From a bacterium (GTDB lineage Bacteria; Vulcanimicrobiota; Vulcanimicrobiia; Vulcanimicrobiales; SCRA01): a stretch of 64,000 nt of DNA. The stretch lies in NCBI GenBank assembly GCA_004297985.1, contig SCRA01000038.1:22377-86376 (forward strand), in the 5' to 3' direction. This document shows, one piece after another, positions 59,099 through 64,000 of the stretch; position 1 is the stretch's first letter; the number at the start of each line of letters is the position of its first letter. The notes under the pieces were generated by a model. That model was not told the DNA's origin. It was given only the letters and a program-made list of their open reading frames with translations, and searched no databases. Both the position numbers and the translations under genes were made by a program.

Positions 59099-60019
59099 TC
59101 AGGTAGGCGCGTACTCGACGACTGCGGCGATCGGTGTGGTTGCCCCCAGTTCCTCCGCGGCAACGGGGTCGCCCAGGCGCGAGAGATCGATCTCGAGCAG
59201 CGCGTGCTCGGCGGCCGTCGCCTGCCGCTCGCGGGTACGGCGTACGCGCCCCTGCCGCTCTAGTGCCTCGAGGTACGCCAGCACCTGCCGTGCCGCAGCC
59301 GGCCAGAGCACGCGATCGACCTCCGCGTAGATACGCTCCACCAGGTTCGGGATGGTGCTCGCCCCCGCGCGTAGGCCCTCGAGCACTTGGCGTTCGCGTA
59401 GCGCCCGGTGCGCGATGTACTCGTCGAGCTTCGCGCGCGGCGCATCGATCTCGGGGCCGTGGCCCCCGTAGATGCGCGCGGCCTCACCGTAGCGCTCGCG
59501 CAGCAACTCGAGGGTGCCGCGATAGGTTGCCATCTCTCCGCCCGGCGGGGCGATGACAACGGTACCTTGGCCAACCACGACGTCGCCGGTAAAGAGAGCA
59601 CGCTCCTCGGCGAAATAGAGCGCCACATGATCGACGGCGTGACCGGGGGCGTCGATGATGTCTAGACGTAGCTCGTCGAGCGCGAAGTCTTTGCCATCCC
59701 AGAGCGTGGCCGTGTGCGCGAACGTCGAGCGTGGATGGCCATAGACCGTTGCGCCGGTGAGCGAGGCCAGGCGTGCCGCCCCGGGGGCGTGGTCGGGGTG
59801 GCCGTGGGTGACCAGAATAGCCGCAATCGTCGCCCCGAAGTCGCAAGCGGCAAGAGCCAAGTCCAGCGCGTGGCCTTGGTGATCGGGGCCAGGGTCGATC
59901 GCCACGAAACGGTCGCGGCCCGCGTCGATCAGATAACTGTTGGTCCCGCTGAAGGTCATCGGCCCCGGATTGGGCGCGCGCAGGCGGAAGACGCGTTCGC
60001 TGAGCCGTTCGAGTGCCAT
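59099..60019 (-). CDS. MBL-fold metallo-hydrolase (LACTB2-like) with a C-terminal winged helix
   Basis: APNPGPMTFSGTNSY, IDPGP, THGHPDH, PGHAVDH, FTGD, GGHG, HRALRERQV. Confidence 0.9.
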   Translation of the reverse strand: MALERLSERVFRLRAPNPGPMTFSGTNSYLIDAGRDRFVAIDPGPDHQGHALDLALAACDFGATIAAILVTHGHPDHAPGAARLASLTGATVYGHPRSTFAHTATLWDGKDFALDELRLDIIDAPGHAVDHVALYFAEERALFTGDVVVGQGTVVIAPPGGEMATYRGTLELLRERYGEAARIYGGHGPEIDAPRAKLDEYIAHRALRERQVLEGLRAGASTIPNLVERIYAEVDRVLWPAAARQVLAYLEALERQGRVRRTRERQATAAEHALLEIDLSRLGDPVAAEELGATTPIAAVVEYAPT

Positions 60020-60020
60020 C

Positions 60021-60827
60021 TTACCAGCGTTCCAGGTACTCGTCGGGGAGGCGGAAGTCGGTCAGCGCCGCGTCGAGCGGGTCGGGGCTGACGGCGAGGA
60101 TCCCCTTGCGGCGCGCATGGTCGAGCAGCGCCTCGAGCGAGTCGTAGCGCGCCAAGCGCTGCAAGTGGAGGCGCGTGGGATAGACGATGCGCATCTCGCC
60201 GCGTCCGGCGCGCTCGAGCGCCTCGCGCGGCTCGATCCAGACTCCGTGGGTCGTCTCGACGAGATCGGCGGCCGCCGCCTGCTCCGCAGGCATCGCCGTG
60301 ACGAAGAAGTAGGCGTCGAAGCGTCGTGGCTCGCCCGGAGGCGTGATCCAGCGCGAGTAGGCCTCCACGAGTGAGAGATCGATGACGGCATCGAGGTGCG
60401 CGATCACCTCGGCAAAGCTCGATTCGCCGCGCTGGAGGGCGGTGCGCGCACGTGCCAACTGCTCCGCCGGCGGAAGGGGAGGGCGCATGAGGAGTACGCC
60501 CGCTTCTTCAAAGAGCTCGCGCACGCACGCGACGAGCAGGCCGCGCTGCTGAGACGGGGAGAGCGGGACTGCGTACCCCAAGGCGTTGCCGACGGGCTCG
60601 CTGCGAAAGAAATGCTCGAGCCGTCCATTCTCGATGCCGGCGAGTCGCGCGACGTTTGCATCGTCGCTGTCGCGCTCCTCGAGACCGCCGCCTGGGAAGA
60701 CGTAAGCATCGGGGACGAAAACGCTCTTGGCGCTGCGCCGAAGCATGAAGACTTGGAGACGGCTCTGCCGCGGGCGTACCAGCATGATGGTTGCTGCCGG
60801 GCGTGGCACGAGCGCTGAGCGGTCCAT
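60021..60827 (-). CDS. NUDIX hydrolase (NUDT19-like)
   Basis: PRPAAT, YVFPGG, RELFEEAG, RWITP, RRFDAYFF. Confidence 0.88.
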   Translation of the reverse strand: MDRSALVPRPAATIMLVRPRQSRLQVFMLRRSAKSVFVPDAYVFPGGGLEERDSDDANVARLAGIENGRLEHFFRSEPVGNALGYAVPLSPSQQRGLLVACVRELFEEAGVLLMRPPLPPAEQLARARTALQRGESSFAEVIAHLDAVIDLSLVEAYSRWITPPGEPRRFDAYFFVTAMPAEQAAAADLVETTHGVWIEPREALERAGRGEMRIVYPTRLHLQRLARYDSLEALLDHARRKGILAVSPDPLDAALTDFRLPDEYLERW

Positions 60828-60905
60828 GTTCGCCTGGTTTCGGGGTGGCTGGCCCTGGCCCTACCGCTTGGCGGAGCATGGAAGGAGACGGACGAATGTG
60901 CGCGG

Positions 60906-61007
60906 ATGAGCGAATGCTTCGAGCACCAACGCGGTAACTACACGATCAGCACAGATCCCGCGCGCATCGATGTAGACGTCGTGCACGGCTTCCTCGCTAA
61001 CGAGTGA
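60906..61007 (+). pseudogene. N-terminal remnant of a GNAT acetyltransferase
   Basis: [33 protein letters not shown] resembles the ISTD...D...H.FL start of a common GNAT family but stops after 33 aa. Confidence 0.6.
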
Positions 61008-61079
61008 CCAACCCGTATGGCACAACCGCGGGGAGGAGCGCCGTAGAGGCCGAAGAATAGCTGGCGGTCCCGGCGCGGT

Positions 61080-61154
<75 letters not shown>

Positions 61155-61157
61155 GAC

Positions 61158-61397
61158 TTAGAGCTTCGCGCCTTCCGCCACGCGCTGTTTGATGGAACTG
61201 TAGAGCTGGTCGACTTCCTCGCGGAAGCGTAGCGCGATCGGCTCGACCGGTGTCCCAGCGGCCGCGACACAGACTTCCTCGGCGAGAGCGGCGAAGACGC
61301 CCGCGACGATACGGTCGTCGGGCATATCGGGCCTCGCGTAATGGACGTTGCGGGCGTGGGTGAGCTCTTCTTCGATCTGTCTGTACGTAATGCGCAA
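61158..61397 (-). CDS. Small hypothetical protein (79 aa)
   Basis: TTG start 10 nt after GGAGG; [24 protein letters not shown]...; ends 3 nt from the tRNA. Confidence 0.6.
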   Translation of the reverse strand: MRITYRQIEEELTHARNVHYARPDMPDDRIVAGVFAALAEEVCVAAAGTPVEPIALRFREEVDQLYSSIKQRVAEGAKL

Positions 61398-61557
61398 GGG
61401 GAAAGCACCTCCTGTGCCGGCGCAGACGATGCCGCTTCCGTGGCCGTGCATGGTGATCGGGGGAAACACCCGTGCTCTTTTGGTCTCGGCCGCTTCATGG
61501 GGAAGGCAAGCGCAACGCGCTCGCCTATCGTAAAAAGAATGTAAAGAACGGGATGCT

Positions 61558-62154
61558 CTAGCGCTTGGCGATAAGCGCATAGTGATAGCGCAACGTTCGG
61601 GCACCTAGGATCGTGAAGTGGTGGCGCTCCAGGCGTGCGCGCGCCTCCTCGACGCGGTAGACGTGGGCCGCCGGCGGGCCCACGGGCCGATCGACGGCAG
61701 CGTTCCAGTCGATGAAGGCGGCACGGCCGTCGAAAATAAGCAAATCGCGCAACTCGCGCAGAGCAGCGTCGCCCACCTCGTGCAAGACGTTGAGCGCGAG
61801 GATCCGGTCGGCGCAGCCGCGTAGGGTGCCGAGCGCCTCGGTGCCAACCGCTTCGATGTTGGGGAGGCGCGCCGCCTCCGGCTTGGCGCGCAGCAGAGCT
61901 AGCATCTCGGGTTGTTCGTCGAGTGCAATGACGCGCGCATCGGGGCGCGCGCTCGCGATGGCGATAGCGTACGTTCCCGTCCCCGCGCCGAAATCCACAA
62001 TGCAGGCACCGTAAGGCGCGTCCAGCAGCGCCAATACCTCATCGCGCGGGAGATAGGTGAAGCGCCCGGGATCGTCGAGACGTGCCGCTTTGGCGGGGTC
62101 GAAGCGCCTGGGCTGCTTGGCACCGTGGCGATCGTGGAGCGGAGGGCGACTCAT
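61558..62154 (-). CDS. Class I SAM-dependent methyltransferase
   Basis: IVDFGAGTG, ALDEQPEML, NVLHEV, IDW...GPP. Confidence 0.88.
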   Translation of the reverse strand: MSRPPLHDRHGAKQPRRFDPAKAARLDDPGRFTYLPRDEVLALLDAPYGACIVDFGAGTGTYAIAIASARPDARVIALDEQPEMLALLRAKPEAARLPNIEAVGTEALGTLRGCADRILALNVLHEVGDAALRELRDLLIFDGRAAFIDWNAAVDRPVGPPAAHVYRVEEARARLERHHFTILGARTLRYHYALIAKR

Positions 62155-62258
62155 GTGATTTCGCGTTCGGTCTCCCAGTTGCGCCGTCCTTGAGGCGAAA
62201 GTTCCCGGGGACGCGAGGTAGGCGCCTACCCTTGGGGGCGAGAACAGCGACCCCCGTC

Positions 62259-62867
62259 GTGAAGCCTCGCTTGCTCATCGTCTCGGCGGTTCCCGCCGAG
62301 CTTCCTCCCGCCTCCCCCGCCTTGGCTCTGCTGGCCGCGGGGATCGGCCCCGTCGAGGCCGCCTCGGCCGTGGCTGCGGCGCTGGCGCGCGAGGCGTATG
62401 GCGCCGTCGTTTCCGTGGGTATCGCGGGGAGCTTCGGCCGCATCGCCAATGGCGGTATCGCGATCGTAGCCGAGGATATCCTCGCCGAGTTGGGCGTCGA
62501 GGGGGGCGAGGCGATACAGCTTCCGTCCGATGTCACGTTGGTGGACCGCGCCTATGCGGATCCAGTACTCGTGGAGACGGCGCGTCGCGCGCTCCCCGAG
62601 GCGGCCGTAGGGCGCGGCGTCACGGTCTCGACGGTGACGGCCACGGACCGGCGCGCCGCCGAGCTGCGGCAGCGTTTCGACCCGCTGGTGGAGTCGATGG
62701 AAGGCTTCGCCGTCCTGCGCACGGCGCAGCGTGCAGGCGTACGCGCGTTGGAGCTGCGTGCCGTCTCGAACCTCGTGGGCGTTCGCGACCGTGGGGCGTG
62801 GGATATTCCCGGCGCGCTGCGCGCGCTCCACGCCGCCTGCGCACGCCTCTGGGAGAGCCTGCTGTGA
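62259..62867 (+). CDS. mqnB: Futalosine hydrolase
   Basis: SAVPAE, GIGPVEAA, GIAG, TVSTVT, ESMEGF, ELRAVSNLVGVRDRGAW; adjacent to mqnD. Confidence 0.88.
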   Translation: MKPRLLIVSAVPAELPPASPALALLAAGIGPVEAASAVAAALAREAYGAVVSVGIAGSFGRIANGGIAIVAEDILAELGVEGGEAIQLPSDVTLVDRAYADPVLVETARRALPEAAVGRGVTVSTVTATDRRAAELRQRFDPLVESMEGFAVLRTAQRAGVRALELRAVSNLVGVRDRGAWDIPGALRALHAACARLWESLL

Positions 62868-63688
62868 GACTCGCGTACTCGCCCTGTCCGAACGATACGT
62901 ACATCTTCGCCGCGTTGACGCACCATCTGGTGCCCGGCGCCCCGCGCGCCGAGGTGGCCCTGCACGACATCGAAGAGCTCAACACGGCGGCGCTCGAAGG
63001 ACGGTACGAGCTTACCAAGATCTCCTACGGCGCGATCCCTTTTCTGCTCGACCGTTATCGCCTCTTGCGCGCCGGGGGCGCCCTCGGACGCGGCTGCGGC
63101 CCGCTGGTCGTGGCGCGCCCGGGTGTGGTGCTGGAGCGCCTGCGCAGCGTGGCCATCCCTGGGCAGATGACGACGGCGTATCTGCTGCTGCGCCTGCTCT
63201 TCGCCGATCTCGGTCTCCCGCTGCCGGAGGTACGGCCCCTACGCTTCGACGGCATCATCGGCGCCGTAGAGCAAGGGGACGTCGAAGCGGGGCTCATCAT
63301 ACACGAGAGCCGCTTCACGTATCGCGACCACGGTCTGGTCTGCCTGGTCGACCTCGGCGAATGGTGGGAGGAGGTCACGGGCCATCCGATTCCGCTGGGT
63401 GGGATCCTGGCGCGCCGCGATCTGCCGGTGGAGGAGTGCCGCCGTGTCAACGAGTCGATTCGCCGCAGTTTGGCGCATGCGCGCGCGCACGAGAGCGAGA
63501 TCATCGGCTACGTTCGTGAGCACGCCCAGGAGATGGACGAGCACGTGATGCGCAATCACATCGCGCTCTACGTCAACGAGTTCAGCGACGATCTCGGAAC
63601 GGAAGGAGAGGCTGCGATTCGCGTCCTCTTGGAGCGCGGGACGAAGGCTGGCTGGACCCCGGCTGCGCCCGCTGATCTCTTCGCGTGA
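62864..63688 (+). CDS. mqnD: 1,4-dihydroxy-6-naphthoate synthase
   Basis: YSPCPNDTY, DIEELN, GGALGRGCGPL, IIHESRFTY, PIPLG, HIALYVNEFS. Confidence 0.95.
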   Translation: MRLAYSPCPNDTYIFAALTHHLVPGAPRAEVALHDIEELNTAALEGRYELTKISYGAIPFLLDRYRLLRAGGALGRGCGPLVVARPGVVLERLRSVAIPGQMTTAYLLLRLLFADLGLPLPEVRPLRFDGIIGAVEQGDVEAGLIIHESRFTYRDHGLVCLVDLGEWWEEVTGHPIPLGGILARRDLPVEECRRVNESIRRSLAHARAHESEIIGYVREHAQEMDEHVMRNHIALYVNEFSDDLGTEGEAAIRVLLERGTKAGWTPAAPADLFA

Positions 63689-63707
63689 GTGAAGAAGCGG
63701 CCCCGAT

Positions 63708-64000
63708 CTAACCGCCGGCGATGGCGCCCACGATCAACAGCGGTTCCGCTCCCGTCGCGACCGCGTCGGGAAGCGGCGCGTCCGGCGGTTCGTGCGAGAG
63801 ATCTCGCTCGCACGCGAAGAATCGCACGAACGGCCGGCGCTGCTGCGTGACGTGATCACGGATCGTTCCACGCAGCATCGGATACGCCGCCTCGAGTGCG
63901 TCGAGCACCGAGCGCTGCGTGGCCCGGCCGTCGACGTCGAGCGTCGTCTCGCCGCCGATTCTCGCTAGAGCCCGCAGGTGCGTCGGGAGCACGACGCGGA
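63708..64000 (-). CDS. MoaD/ThiS family sulfur carrier (5' end lies beyond the window)
   Basis: RVVLPTHL...[10 protein letters not shown]...GAIAGG with a C-terminal diglycine; the frame is open to the window edge. Confidence 0.88.
   Translation of the reverse strand, partial: RVVLPTHLRALARIGGETTLDVDGRATQRSVLDALEAAYPMLRGTIRDHVTQQRRPFVRFFACERDLSHEPPDAPLPDAVATGAEPLLIVGAIAGG

Overview
High-GC bacterial chromosome segment, almost fully coding. From left to right: (1) a pseudaminic-acid biosynthesis operon (pseB-C-F-G-H-I) followed by three methyltransferase genes, one fused to a GT-B glycosyltransferase-like domain; (2) the core cluster rpsB-tsf-pyrH-frr-(small ORF)-cdsA-dxr-rseP-ispG, without uppS; (3) pduO, an IclR regulator, a MalT/BTAD regulator, and a proS operon carrying an M16 peptidase, the Amj flippase, a TPR lipoprotein, an Ntn acylase, a methyltransferase and an FAD oxidoreductase; (4) a TetR/DHA2 efflux pair; (5) a divergently arranged Tad/Flp pilus locus with a CpaE-CpaF fusion that runs directly into GT87-like GT-C glycosyltransferases; (6) an acyltransferase/GT-C/GtrA surface-glycosylation region interleaved with an SRPBCC cyclase and a lone ketosynthase; (7) glpX-yqeG-aroE, an MBL/NUDIX pair, tRNA-Thr(GGT), mqnB-mqnD and a partial MoaD/ThiS gene. 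The best leads are the Tad pilus coupled to GT-C glycosylation genes, which share a conserved multi-box promoter motif; a 1.2-kb acyltransferase cassette inserted into the ketosynthase 3' end between 20-bp direct repeats; a candidate pseudaminyltransferase-methyltransferase fusion; a possible split single-KS polyketide system; an ATT start for pseF; and a recurring sigmaH-like promoter. Gene content suggests a diderm Terrabacteria lineage such as Eremiobacterota/Vulcanimicrobiota (inference only). I saw no CRISPR array, rRNA, transposase or integrase. All product calls come from motif recognition by eye; no searches were run.
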